Both the position numbers and the translations under genes were made by a program. This document shows, piece by piece, positions 31,502 through 53,800 of a stretch of DNA of 64,000 nt. Below the pieces are notes generated by a model. That model did no database searches. It was not told where the DNA came from and saw nothing but the letters and a program-made list of their open reading frames with translations. Source of the DNA: the human T2T-CHM13v2.0 reference genome, Homo sapiens; NCBI RefSeq assembly GCF_009914755.1, contig NC_060926.1. One strand, given 5' to 3'. Position 1 is the stretch's first letter; each line of letters begins with the position of its first letter.

Positions 31502-32346
31502 GTTTTTGTTTTTTGTTTTGTTTTGTTTTGTTTTTTAAGAAAGAAGGCAAAAGTTTATTTATAAACCATTTACCTGAGATAATCTCCATTCTTTTTCTTT
31601 TTTTTATTATTATTATACTTTAAGTTTTAGGGTACATGTGCACAATGTGCAGGTTAGTTACATATGTATACATGTGCCATGGTGGTGTGCTGCACCCATT
31701 AACTCGTCATTTAGCATTAGGTATATCTCCTAATGCTATCGCTCCCCCTTCCCCCCACCCCACAACAGTCCCCAGAGTGTGATGTTCCCCTTCCTGTGTC
31801 CATGTGTTCTCATTGTTCAATTCCCATCTATGAGTGAGAACATGCGGTGTTTGGTTTTTTGTCCTTGCGATAGTTTACTGAGAATGATGATTTCCAATTT
31901 CATCCATGTCCCTACAAAGGACATGAACTCATCATTTTTTATGGCTGCATAGTATTCCATGGTGTGTATGTGCCACATTTTCTTAATCCAGTCTATCATT
32001 GTTGGACATTTGGGTTGGTTCCAAGTCTTTGCTATTGTGAATAGTGCCGCAATAAACATACGTGTTCATGTTGTCTTTATAGCAGCATGATTTATGGTCC
32101 TTTGGGTATATATCCAGTAATGGGATGGCTGGGTCAAATGGTATTTCTAGTTCTAGATCCCTGAGGAATCGCCGCACTGACTTCCACAATGGTTGAACCA
32201 GTTTACCGTCCCACCAACAGTGTAAAAGTGTTCCTATTTCTCCACATCCTCTCCAGCACCTGTTGTTTCCTGACTTTTTAATGATTGCCATTCTAACTGG
32301 TGTGAGATGGTATCTCATTGTGGTTTTAATTTGCATTTCTCTGATG
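31502..32346 (-). mobile_element. 5'-truncated young L1PA (L1PA2-4-like) with 3' transduction
   Basis: ORF2 C-terminus ([33 protein letters not shown]), 3'UTR, two A-tails; 15-bp TSD aataaggccctctgt at 31487-31501 and 32347-32361. Confidence 0.95.
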
Positions 32347-32651
32347 AATAAGGCCCTCTGTTAATGACATGTTACCTAATGTCAAAGAGGTTTTATGTAA
32401 TACAGTAAAATTAACATCTTTATCCAGCCTCTCCCACCAAGACATATGGTTTATTTCTCCTACCTTTGAATCTGGACTTGGCCATGTACCTTGCTTTGGT
32501 CAGTGGAACGTTGTTGATAGTGCAGAGTAGCGCTGAGTTCATTTGGCTGAGGCCATTCTCAGTTTCGACACAAGATGGGGAGGCTGCTAATAGAGGACGA
32601 GCTCTGTATTGTGTGGAGGAGGATGGTAAGCTGGTGGCGTAAGCCCCAATC

Positions 32652-33900
<1,249 letters not shown>

Positions 33901-34308
33901 ACTCTCTTACTCAAATTTCCTTTCCCAGCTTCCTTACACACTGCCATTTTACTCACAAGGCAAACACGCCTTATCAGTTTAGTAGAAAATAAGAGGTAAA
34001 GTTTCATGCTAAAGATGGAATTTTTAGTGCTACAATGACAAGGACATCCATCCTTGTCATTTTGCAGTTACTGTAAACATTGCAAAATGTGAATTGCATA
34101 TATTAGAAGTGATGCATACTGTGACACATTCATCATTTTTTCAATTTTCTCAGGTAGATATTTACCATACTCTTCCAGTTATATCCTCTTAGAACTAGCG
34201 TTTGTGTCTTACCAACATGTTTGATAGTCCAATATGCTGATTTTTGAAGATAGATGTAGTATAAAAAAGAAAAGGGGGATTCAAAGCCTAGGTTTACAGA
34301 AACTTCCC

Positions 34309-34768
<460 letters not shown>

Positions 34769-34779
34769 ACGACACTTCT

Positions 34780-35430
34780 CAAATTAGCGATGAGAAATTT
34801 CAGTTTTCTGAGTCATTTCAATGCACTAGAGGACAATGGACACAAAAAAGTTCATCTACATAATTAAAGATATTTGTAAATGGGCTTTACATGGGCTTTG
34901 AGTTTTCTGTTCATTTGTGTGTCATCTGTGGTGAGCAACTTACACATTCAGCAACGGCTCCCACAAAAGTGAAAAGACACTCGACTACAAATCATAGTCA
35001 TTTGACAAGTAAACGGGCTGATTATTGTAAGTAGTTACTGGAATCTTCAAACAGACTAAAGTTTTTAAAAGTCACAAGCAGAAAAAAGGCTCAGGAAAAA
35101 AATTATTTAGTAGCAGAATTATTGCCTAGGATAGGAAAAGTCATACAGTTAATGAGACACTAACAATGCCAGATGGAAACTTAGAGTTGAGCAGACTCTA
35201 GAACAATATGCAGCATGAGAAATGGGAGGATTTTGCTCCCCCAAGTGCAACAAGGCCCCCTGTTAATGACATTGTTACCTAATGCCAAAGAGGTTTTATG
35301 TAATACAGTAAAATTAACAACATCTTTATCCAGACTGAGTCAAGAGATGTCACCAATAAATATAATACCTTAACATTTGTAATATTTGTAAATTGCAATA
35401 AAATTCAAGATCACTTTTCCTCTGTAAAGA
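34780..35430 (+). mobile_element. hAT-Charlie DNA transposon, transposase remnant
   Basis: From 34918 reads CVICGEQLTHSATAPTKVKRHSTTNHSHLTSKRADY (BED-type Zn finger), followed by YLVAEL..KSHTVNETL-like motifs. Confidence 0.75.
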
Positions 35431-35901
35431 GGTGCCGCAAAATCCATCAAGAAAATGTAGCAATTACACACATATATGCAGCTAACAACAGAAATGCAAA
35501 ATATGTGAAGCCAAAAAATGAAAGAATTGAAGAGAGAAATAGACAATTTGACAATAATAGTTGAAGACTTATATGCTTCATTTTCAATAATGGGTAGAAC
35601 AACTAGACAGAAGGTCGACAAGGAAATAGAAGACTTGAACAGCGCTAGAAACAAACTAGACTTAACAGACATCTACAGAACACTTCACCCAGCAAAAGTG
35701 GAATCAAAATTTTTAAGTGCACATGGAACACTCTAAAGATAGATCATATGACAGGTCATAAAACAAACCTCAATAAATTTAAAAGGACAGAAATAATACA
35801 AATTATGTTCTCCAATTACAATTAAATGGAAATAGAAATCAATGGAGAGAAATTCGGTATATCCACAAATAGGTGGAATTTTTTTTTAATTACTGACTTG
35901 A

Positions 35902-36578
<677 letters not shown>

Positions 36579-36754
36579 TTAAAAATCAGAAAATACTTTG
36601 AGGCAAATGAAAATGAAGACACACATACCAAAAGTTATGGGATGCAGCAATAGCAGTGCTTACAGGGAAATTTATAGCTGTAAATATCTACATAAAAGAA
36701 GAAGAAAGGTCTCAAATAAATAATTAAATCTTCTACATTAAAGAACTAGAAAGG

Positions 36755-37732
<978 letters not shown>

Positions 37733-37745
37733 TTAAAAAGTTCTT

Positions 37746-38086
<341 letters not shown>

Positions 38087-39137
38087 CTATTTGGGAGACT
38101 GAAGTGGGAGGATTTCTTGAGCCCAGGAGTTCAAGATCACAGTGAGCTATGATCATGCCACTGCACTCCAGCTTCGGTGAGAGAGTGAGACCTTGTCTCT
38201 AAAAAAAAAAAAAGAAAGAAAGTAAAGAGAGAAAAGAAAAGGAAAGGAAAGAAAGAAAAAAGTATGTCAACAAACTGGATAACTTAGATGAACAAATTCT
38301 TAGATAGACAAAAACTACAAAAATTACCTCGAAAGGAATAGAAAATCTGAATATATTTATAACAAGCAAAGAAACTGAGTCATTAATCTAAAAACATTCA
38401 ACAAAGAAAAGCTACCAGATGGTTTCACTGATGAATCCCACCAAATGTTTGAAGAACTAACACCGACCCTTCTCAAACTCTTCCAAAAAATAGAAGAGGA
38501 TGGAATACTTCCTAACCCATTCTATGAGGCCAGTAGTACCCTGATACCAAAGCCAGACAAAGACATCACAAGAAAACTATAAACCAATATCCCTATGCAT
38601 ATAGACACAAAGATCCACAACAAAACACTAGCAAACAAAAGTTTGCAACGTATAAAAAGTTTTATACACCATGACCAGGTGAGATTTATCTCAAGGATGG
38701 AAGGTAGGTTCAATATATGAAAATCGATTAATATACTACATCATATCAATAAAATAAAGGACAAAAACTATGCGATCATCTCAATACAATTAGGAAAAGC
38801 ACTGGACAAAATCTAACACCCTTTCGTGACAAAACATACTTAATAAATTAGAAATGGAAGGGAATTCTCAACCTGATAAGGGGCATCTCTGAAAAACCCA
38901 TAGTTAATAGCATAATTAACGGTGAAAGACTAGATGCTTTCCCCCTAAGGTCAGGAGCAAGACAAGGATGTTCACCAATTGTAGTCAGCATAGTACTGGA
39001 GGATCCAACCAGGGCAATTAGGCTACAATATGTAATAAAAGCCATCAGGATGAAAAGGTAGAAGTAAAGCTATCTTGATTTGCAAATCTTATATATAGAA
39101 AATCGTAAGGAATCTAGTAAAAAAATTATTAGAACTT

Positions 39138-39440
39138 GCCCAGGAGCGGTGGCTCATGCCTGTAATCCCAGCACTTTGGGAGGCCGAGGCTGGTGGATCA
39201 TGAGGTCAGGCGGTCGAGACCATGGTGAAACCCCGTCTCTGCTAAAAATACCAAAAGAAAAAATAATTAGCCGGGCGCGGTGGCAGGTGCCTGTAGTCCC
39301 AGCTACTCAGGAGGCTGAGGCAGGAGAATGGCGTGAACCGGAGAGGCGGAGCTTGCAGTGAGCCGAGATAGCACCACCGCACTCCAGCCTGGGCAATGGA
39401 GCGAGACTCCGTCTTAAAAAACAAACAAACAAACAAAAAA
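39138..39440 (+). mobile_element. AluY-like
   Basis: TSD aaaaaattattagaact. Confidence 0.92.
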
Positions 39441-39714
39441 TTATTAGAACTAATGCATTCAGCAAGATCACAAGATGTAAGATCAATATACAAAAATTAA
39501 TTATATTTCTACACATTTGTGAAGAACAATCTGAAAATGAAATTAGGAAAACCATTTCATCTATGATATCATCAAAAAGAATAAAATCCTGGGAATATAG
39601 TTAACTAAAGAAGCATAAAATTTATACTCTGGAAACTATGAAAATATTCATGAAAGAAATGAACAAATCCTAAATAAAAAGAAAAGTATTACACGTTCAT
39701 GGATTAAAAGACAA

Positions 39715-40586
<872 letters not shown>

Positions 40587-40604
40587 AAGACGTAAATATT
40601 TTAA

Positions 40605-40925
<321 letters not shown>

Positions 40926-41852
40926 TAAGGCTTTTTTGTGAATACTTAATATTGTTAAGATGGCAATACTCTCCAAATTGATTTACAGATTACATCAATT
41001 CTTATCAAAATCTCAGCTGACTTCTTTGAAGAAATTGACAGGCTGATTCTCAAGTTTATTTGGAATTGAAAGGAACTCCAAATAGCCAAAATAATCTTGA
41101 AAAGGAAGAACAAAGTTAGAGGACTCACATTTCCTTATTTCAAAACTTAATACAAAGCAGCAACAATCAAGATAATGTGGTACTAGCATAAGGACAGATA
41201 TATTGATCAACGGAATAGAATTGAGAGTCCAAGAATAAAACCATGTGTCTACAGTCAACTAATTTTTGACAAAGATGTCAAGATCATTCAATGGGAAAAA
41301 AATTGTCTTTTCAACAAATGATGCTGAGACAACTGGTAGCCATATGCAAAAGAATGAAGTTGGCTTCTTACCATATAAAAAAATTAATTCAAAACGAATA
41401 TAAGACCTAAGTGTAAGAGTTAAACTATAAAAGTCTTGGAAGAAAACATGAAAGTATTGGAAGAAAAATATTGATTACCTTATATTTGGCAATGGATATT
41501 TAGATATGATACCAGTAGCGCAAGTAACCAAGGAAAAAAGAGATAAATTGGTCTTGATCAGTATTAGAAACCTTTGTGCTTCAAAGGACACTATCAAGAA
41601 AGTGATAAGACAACCCACAGAATGGGAGAAAATTTTATAAATCACATCGCTAATAAGGGATTTATAGCTAAACACATAAAAGACATAAACAACACAACTC
41701 ACACTCAATAAAATACAGATAATTAAATTTTAACATGGGAAAACCACAACTAGGTGAACGGACTTAGCGCTATTGAACTGTATATGTAAAAGGACTAAGA
41801 TGGTAAATTTTATGTTATGTATATTTTACCAGAATTTTTTTAAAGTTTTTTT

Positions 41853-42136
41853 AGGCCAGATGGGATGGCTCACGCCCATAATCCCGGCATTTTCGGAGGC
41901 CAAGATGGGAACCCAGGAATTTGAGACCAGCCTGGGGAAAATAGCAGGACTCCATCTCTACGAAAAATTTGAAAATTAGCCCGGCATGGTGGTACATGCC
42001 TGTAGTCCTAGCTATTCAGGAGGCTGAGGCAGGAGGACTGCTTGAGCCCAGGAGTTCGAGGCTGCAGTGAGCTACAATTGCACCACTGCACCCCAGCCTG
42101 GGTGACACAGCAAGACCTCATCTCTGGAAAAAAAAA
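41853..42136 (+). mobile_element. AluJ
   Basis: Dimeric Alu. Confidence 0.88.
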
Positions 42137-42853
42137 TTTTTTTAATGGGCAAATGTTCAAAACAGACATTTCTCCAAAGAAGAAACAGAAATGGTCAATG
42201 AGCACATGAAAAGATACTCAACATTATTAGTTGTCAGGGAAATCCAAATCAAAACCACAGTGAGATACCACTTCACACCCACTAGTATGGTTATAATGAA
42301 AAAGATAGTAACAAGTGTTACTGAGGATGTGGAGAAATCAGAACCCTCATATACTGCTGGTGGTAACGCAAAATGGTACAGCTGCTTTGGAAAACAGTTT
42401 AGCACTTCCTCAAATGATTAATTATAAAGTTAACATATGATCTAGCAAATCTACTCCTAGGTGTACCCCTGGAAGAATTTAAAACATATGTCTACATAAA
42501 AACTTTTACACAAATGTTTATAGCTTCCGTATTTATAATAGCCAAAAAGTAGAAACAACTCAAATGTCTGTCAACTCACAAATCTGTAAAGAAAATGTAG
42601 AATGATATATCCAAACAATGAACTGTTTTTTGGCCATAAGAAGGAATGAAGTAATGGCACAGGCTACAACGTGAATGAACCTGAAAACGTTATGATATTT
42701 CTCATAATGATACTGTAATCATTTTATATGATTCTATTTAAGAGATTAGTGGTTTTCCTGGGCTGGGATGCATGGGGGAGAGAGGGGGTCACAGCTGAAG
42801 GGTATAGGGTTCATTTTTGAGGTGATGAAAATGTTCTAAAATAGACTCTGGTG

Positions 42854-43183
<330 letters not shown>

Positions 43184-43614
43184 CTAAAAACCACTGAACT
43201 TTTTACTTTCAAGCAGTGGGTTGTACGGTATGTGAATTATATCCTGATAAAGCTGTTTAAAATTTTTATGAAAAGGAAAGAAATAGATTAATTTCAATAA
43301 AGGTTAAACTAAGCTTAATATTTTTCAAGAAAGTTTGGTTAAAAAGTCTTTTTTAGTTTTTAGTGGGGATGAAACATGCACTATATATCACAGTTGATCA
43401 ACATCTTGTGTAGTAGAAATTTGTAATAAGGCTTTGGATTTTTTTGGATAAAGTAAAATAAGGAAGACATTTTTAAAATGAAAAGGTTTCTTTACCTATA
43501 CTATTGATTTGCATGGGAGTTGACATCCTTTGTGGATTGGAGGGACCACACAAAAAGTGTGTGCTAATAAGTTCAGCAAAATGCACAACTCACAGGGAAA
43601 AAAAAAAAATTCTC

Positions 43615-44372
<758 letters not shown>

Positions 44373-44985
44373 GGAGTTCCCCTGGAGTGAAAAGATTGGG
44401 AAAGACTGCTCTATAGGCAACCGTTTCTGCTTTCATTATTTATGAAAATATAATTTTAATATATAATTTATATATTCATATTTCCACACTTTTCTTACCC
44501 AAAGAATGGCACACTATGCACTGTTCTGCCCCTTGCTTTTTTCCATTTAGCCATATTTTCTGGAATCCATGGAGGTAGATAGGGGTTCTTCTCATTGCTT
44601 TTTACATCTGTATAGGACTCCACTGTATAGCTGCGACATTCAACCAGTCCCCAAACACCATTTTTGTTATTTCCAGTCTTTTATTGACACAAATAGTGCT
44701 GCAATGAATTGTCTTGTTTGTATGCCATTTATTGGTTTTGCTAGTGCGTCTTGGGATAGATTCCTAGAAGTAGGATTGCTAAATCAAAGTGTAAATGCAT
44801 ATTCTGTTTCATTAGACATTGCCAAGTTGCCTTCCACAAAGATTATATCATCCTGCATTCCATAAGCAATGTATAACAGAGCCTGACTCCCTATATCTCA
44901 ACATCAGAGTATGTTGTCAAACTTTTGGAGTTTTGCCAATCTGATAGGGGAGAAATATCTCAGGATGATTTTACTTTGCACTTCT

Positions 44986-45699
<714 letters not shown>

Positions 45700-46156
45700 T
45701 CTTTTTTTCACTCTCTATGTTCATATATTTTGCCCTTTCTCCTTCCTCATGATTCTAAAAATCATGAACTCTTTGTATGTTAGGAGTATTAGTGTGTTAT
45801 GACTTGTCAATACCTTTTGACAGTTTGTTAATTTCTTTTAAATATTTTAGGTCTTCCTCTCTCTCTCTCCCTTCTTCTCTCATGTTTGCAAATAATATTT
45901 ACATTTATATAGTAACAGTTATCAGTCTTTTCTCTATAGCTTCTGCTTTTAAAGTTATAAATGTTTTCCCACTCCCAGTTTAAAAAGACACATTCAGTTT
46001 TTCTTCTAGTATTTGTGTTTTCATTTTTCATATTTAGATCTCTTACCCATTTGCCATTTATTCTGGTATATGAGAAGAATGAAGCTGATGTTATATTTTT
46101 CCATATAGGTACACGGTTGCAGTTGTCTCAATACCGTTTATTTAAAAGTTTGGCTC

Positions 46157-46466
<310 letters not shown>

Positions 46467-46631
46467 GTTTGGCTCTTCCCCACTGCTTCGAGATGCATCC
46501 TTTCATTGATCTGTCTATTCATATATCAACACTATACTCTTTTAATTACAGAAACTTTATAACATTTTAACGTCGTGGAGGGCTAGCCTCCCTATGTATC
46601 TCTTTCTTAAAGAATTATTACTTGTTTATTC

Positions 46632-48723
<2,092 letters not shown>

Positions 48724-48764
48724 TAAGATAAGAGGCTAACTCTTGAGGAGTTTTACATAGATAT

Positions 48765-49495
48765 AATCAGGTTTGAATTGTGTCATGTGCCTTTTCACAT
48801 TATCGTTGAGTTCCCCTGAAAACAGATGAAGAATTTTCTGCATATTGTTTATGTGGGAAGGTGAGCCCAGAGAACAAGCATGAGAAATAAGGAGGAATGA
48901 AACAGGGAAAGCCAATGCAAGATGCACTGACCAATTGGCTGGCGTTATAGGTAACCAGTGCTTGATTCTGTGGAGTCATCTGAGGAGTCTTATGAAATGT
49001 GCTTCAGAACTGTTTGCCAGGTAATGAAAAGCTAGCTTTGATCAAGATACCTCACATATAAGGGTTGACCATATATGAATGCTGAGAGGGTTCCTGCTGG
49101 TATCAATGGCACTGTGTCAGAGAAGTCTTGGGGCAGGAAATAAGCATTCATTATCTTATAGCTTCTGTGGGTCAGGAATGTAGGAATGTCTTAGCTTGAT
49201 GGTTCTGGCTCAGGATTTCTAATGTGGTTGCAGTTAGGACATCTACAGGTCCTGCGGTTATCTGAAGGCTTAATTGGGGCTAGAGAATTCACTTCCAATT
49301 GACTCATTCATATGCTTGTTGGCAGGAAGCCTCAGTTCCTCATCAGGCGGACCTCTCCATTGGTTGCTGGAGTGTCCTCACAATATGGCAGCCAACTTTC
49401 CCCAGAGCCAGTGATCTACAAGGGGATGGGAATTAGACTCCACCTCTTGAAGGGAGGAACATCAAAGAATTTGTGGACATATTTTAAATCCAGCA
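48765..49495. mobile_element. Old LTR fragments (LTR33/LTR16-like about 48765-49135; MLT1 about 49140-49495)
   Basis: 'gtttatgtgggaaggtgagcccag'; 'ttctgtgggtcaggaat...ggcaggaagcctcagttcct'. Confidence 0.55.
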
Positions 49496-50628
49496 AACTG
49501 TCATAATATAGTCCAAATAGATCTTGACTATCTGAACATCCTGAAGAATATCACATTGGTCCATTTTGTCAATAACATGATGTTTATCGACCACATGAGT
49601 AAGAAGTGGCAAGTAAGTTGAAGCCTTGGTAAGATACACATTTTCCAAAGAATGAGCAATAAATGATAAATCTTAGGAAGATTCTGGGTCCTACCAGATC
49701 CGTGACATGTTTAGGGATCCACTGAGATGGAAGCATGATACTCGTTAGCCTCTTTGGGTTCTGGAGATGGTATGTTTCATACTGGGGAAAACTACTCTGA
49801 CTCATTTACTGAATCACATGGAAGGCTGACAACTTTGAGTGGTGTCCAGAGTAAGGAAAGGCTCTACAGCTGGTTCATGCTGCATTACAAGCAACCCTGC
49901 CACTTAGGCCAGGTGACCCAGGAGACTTTGTGATATTAGAGCTTTCTGGGGTGTAAAAACACCTGTAGGAATGTATGGGAAACCCCAGACAGCTACATGC
50001 CACTCAATAAATAGTTCCTGGCATACTCCTGGGTCATGGTAGAGACGAATCAGCTGACTATGAGACATCAAGTGGCCTGTGGTTAGAACTGCCCATCCTG
50101 AGCTGGTTTCTGTCAGACCCATCAAGTCATAATGCTGAGCGGGTCCAGCAGCAGCCCATTATAAAACTGCAGTAGTGTGTCAGGATTGGGTATCAAGTAG
50201 AGCCAGAGGCTAAAAGTAAGCCACTAGCCACATGTCATCCTGTCATCCAGTACTGTTGCATGGATGCCTTTCCCTGGATTCCATTTACATCCACATAGAA
50301 AGTATTATGACCAACTGATGGAGGAAGCAAAGGACAAGCTTGATTCTTGGACGCACTAGCTTGATTTGTGGATATAAACCAAAAGCAGACTGGTGATACA
50401 GTGCTGTCTCACTCAGGGTGCCCCTGAAAGCATGTTGAGATAAAATCCTCCCATGGTCAGAGCTTTGGGAAGTACATCTGGTCTTCTACTTTATGTGGAA
50501 AGAGAAGTACCCCAAGATGAAAATATACACAGACGTGAAGGCAGTGGCAAATGGCTTAACTGAACAAGGACCTGAAAGGAACAAGATTGGAATACTGGGG
50601 ACAATATTGGAAAGAAGCATGTAAATTA

Positions 50629-50843
50629 AGAATCTGCAAACTTTTTGTATAAAGGGTCAGAGTAACTATTTCAGACTCAAGGGCCATATGGTTTCTGTTG
50701 CAACTGCACAGCTCTGCTGTTGTAGTGTAAAAGCAGCCATATTCAACACATAAATAAGTGGCATGGCTGTGTTCCCATAAAACTTTATTCATAAAACAGG
50801 CAGTGGGTGAATTTGCCCTGTGAGTTTTAGTTGCCAACCCTTG
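50629..50843. mobile_element. MER58A-like hAT MITE
   Basis: 'gcaaactttttgtataaagggtcaga...ataaaactttatt...gttgccaacccttg'. Confidence 0.8.
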
Positions 50844-51550
50844 GTAGAGATGGACCCAAAGAAGTGGGCAAAAAAAAAATGTGAATGTCTTTTTCTGCAT
50901 TTCATTGACCACATGACAGCATCCACCAACAAAAGACTGACTGGACAACCAAATAGACAGGATGACTCAACTAGTTGATGTTAGCTACCCTCTGTTATCA
51001 CTCACCACAGTTCTGGCCAGATCACCTCACAAATGGGGTAGTCATATGGCAAGGTTGGAGGCTATGAATGGCACAAAAGTATGAGTTCCTACTTACTAAA
51101 GCTGGTATAATTACTTTTGCCATGCAGTGCCCAACCTGCCAGCAGCAGAGGCCGATGCTGAGTCCCCAGCACGGTATCATTCTTTGAGGAGACCAACCAC
51201 CCACTTTCTGCCAAGATGATTACCAGGCCCTTTCCACTCTAGAAGGAGAATTGCTTCATCTTGACTGGAATTAACACATGTTCTAGATATAGTCTTACCT
51301 TTTCTGCCTGCAGGGCCTTGGACAACACTCTGAGAACTCACAGAGTGATCTACCAGTATGGAATTCTGAATAGCATTGCCTCTGACCAAGAAACCCAACT
51401 TACAGCAAGAGAGTGTGGCAATGGCCACATGACAATGGGATCCACCAGTCCCATCATATACCACATCACTCAGAAGCTTCTGGACTCAATAAAGTGAGGA
51501 AATAGCCTTTGGAAACTGTAGACAAGATACCAGGTTAGAAATGATACTCG

Positions 51551-51865
51551 ACTGGGCACAGTGGCTCAGGCTGGGCGCAGTGGCTCATGCCTGTAATCCC
51601 AGCACACTGGGAGGCCAAAGCAGGCGGATCACAAGGTCAGTAGTTCAAGACCAGCTTGGCCAATATGGCGAAACCTCATCTCTACTGAAAATACAAGAAT
51701 TAGCCAGGCGTGGTGGCAGGTGCCTGTAGTCTCAGCTACTCAGGAGGCTGGGCAGGAGAATCACTTGAACCCAGGAGGTGGAGGTTGCAGTAAGCCAAGA
51801 TCGTGCCACTGTACTCCAGCTTGGGCAACAGAGCAAGACTCCATCTCAAAAAAAAAAGAAAAAAG
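51551..51865 (+). mobile_element. AluS with duplicated 5' end
   Basis: TSD-like agaaatga(t/c)actc. Confidence 0.9.
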
Positions 51866-53304
51866 AAATGACACTCAACAAGAATAGGAAATCATCTTCC
51901 AGGATGCAATATACACCCTAAATCAATGACTATTACATGATATTGTATCCCCAGGAGACATAGTACATGAATTTGGAAACCAAAGAATGTCAATAGAAAT
52001 GGCCCCAATTACCATCAATCCCACTGGCCCACTTGGGAAATTCGTGCTTCCCATCCCCTCAATTTTAAGGGCTAGAGATCCTGGTTCCCGGGCGGGGGTG
52101 GAGTGCTTCCACCAGGAGACATGGTAAGAGTCTCCTATAGCTATTGCCTAGTCACTTTGGGATCCTTGTGCCAAGAGACATCAAGAAAGGAAAGTAGTAA
52201 CCGTACTGTCACAGGTAGTTAAGTGATCCTTATCATCAGAAGAAGATAGGGTTGCTGTTACTCAGTAGGGATAGGGAAGAATGTATTTTGCACCCAAGTG
52301 GTTTACTGAGAAATCTCTTGGTACCCCCTGCCCAATATTTATGGTAAATGGACAAGGACAGCAGCCACAGTCTAAGAAGGACATGATGACCATGTAAAGC
52401 CATGGCCACTCAATAATGACGGTCTGGGCCACCCATCAAATAAGCCATCTGGACCAGCAAAGGTGCTAGCTGAGGATGAAAGAAATCTAGACTCCTAGAC
52501 TAGAGTAAGTATTAGAGGAAGGAGACTGTGGCTCAAGACCAGCTGAAGCAGTGAAGGCAATAGTTTGTCCCAATAACCTTCTTCTCAAAGTTTTTCCAGG
52601 AAAGAAAATTATTCAGAATCCTGGAGCTGTCCCCAGAATTGAATGCACAAAGTAAGCAGATCCAAGTGGTGCAAGGGATAAGCTGTAGTGGATGCTGTGG
52701 TATACCACACAGAATTCCCCCTTTAGGATTGAGCTACTCATTTCTTCAGCTGCCAGGAGTATTTTCTGCCAATGGCTCACAGCCGAATCCTTCTCTAGAA
52801 ATTGCTCTGGGCAAAAGAGAGCTGCCTTGCCCAAGGTTTTGCCCCTACTCTGGCAGCAGTCCATATCCAACAACTAATCAATATAGGGATACAAAGGTCT
52901 GGCCCCCTTGCCTCAATGTGGGGCAAATCTAAAGGAATATTCCAGCACTAAAGCTCCCTGTGAGATCCATTAAGTCCTCTCTTGCAATTGTTGTGAATTC
53001 AAATTTTCTATCTGCCCAATCCTGACACACACACACACACACACCCCCCACAATGTCAAAGGAAAAAGTCTCCCCTATGAGCTCATCTCCAGAAAGCAGC
53101 GCTGCTCACTGCTTGGTGGATATTGCTTCAGATTTTTTTTCTATATAGCCAATAGCCAATATATCTTTCATAATTTGAAGAAACAATAATAAATTAAAAA
53201 TATTTTAAATACCAAAAGATGATAAGAAATGGGATTAGAAAATATCAGAATTTGTTCATCTTAGGGCTCTCAGCAGTAAAAACTAACTCGCTTTATCAAA
53301 ATTC

Positions 53305-53339
53305 TGTGTGTGTGTGTGTGTGTGTGTGTGTCTGTGTGT
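53305..53339 (+). repeat. (TG)n microsatellite; a (CA)n run lies at 53026-53044
   Basis: Direct reading. Confidence 0.9.
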
Positions 53340-53679
53340 AGAGCATGTCCCACTTTAAGATACTAAAAAACTTTTTATGCTATGATTAGAGAAAAGTACT
53401 TGGGTGTCATCTCCTCTTTCAAATCAGAGCGAAAAAGAACATAAAGCATGAGAACGATAAAAATAACACCAAATGGCTAGAGGCCAGACTGTCCATAATA
53501 AACTGAGAAAGGAAAAGTGACTTGTTGGAGGAAAATACTAAATAATAAGACTTTTTATAAATTGTCATCTTCTCTTTCTATACATAGACCATGTTGAGAT
53601 TTCCCCTGTTGGACCACAGATGTCCTTAGCAGCTGATTTGTCTGTATAATCAGGACCAGACAAGACATTTCATGGTTCT

Positions 53680-53800
53680 GTTTTCCAGTTTCATAGATGA
53701 GAAAACCAAGGCTTCAGAATACTAAGCTGACTTGTCCAGAGTCACATAGTAATGATTAGAACCCAGATGCAAACTCAAATCCTCACAGCTTTCAGTTGGC
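53680..53800. mobile_element. MIR fragment
   Basis: 'ccagtttcatagatgagaaaaccaaggct...tgacttgtccagagtcacatag'. Confidence 0.7.

Larger units (their letters stand above)
49500..53025 (+). mobile_element. ERVL-class (HERV16-like) pol/integrase region plus 3' LTR16-like LTR (about 52685-53025)
   Basis: Degenerate RT motif 'atcacattggtccattttgtcaataacatgatg', RNaseH 'atatacacagac', integrase Zn motif CPTCQQ near 51128; LTR start 'tgtagtggatgctgtgg'. Confidence 0.75.

Noticed and set aside
31817-32336. L1 ORF2 C-terminal ORFs as functional CDS
   Set aside because: 5'-truncated, frameshifted element
49500-52620. Intact or domesticated retroviral pol
   Set aside because: Many stops and frameshifts, degenerate catalytic motifs, and interruption by MER58 and Alu
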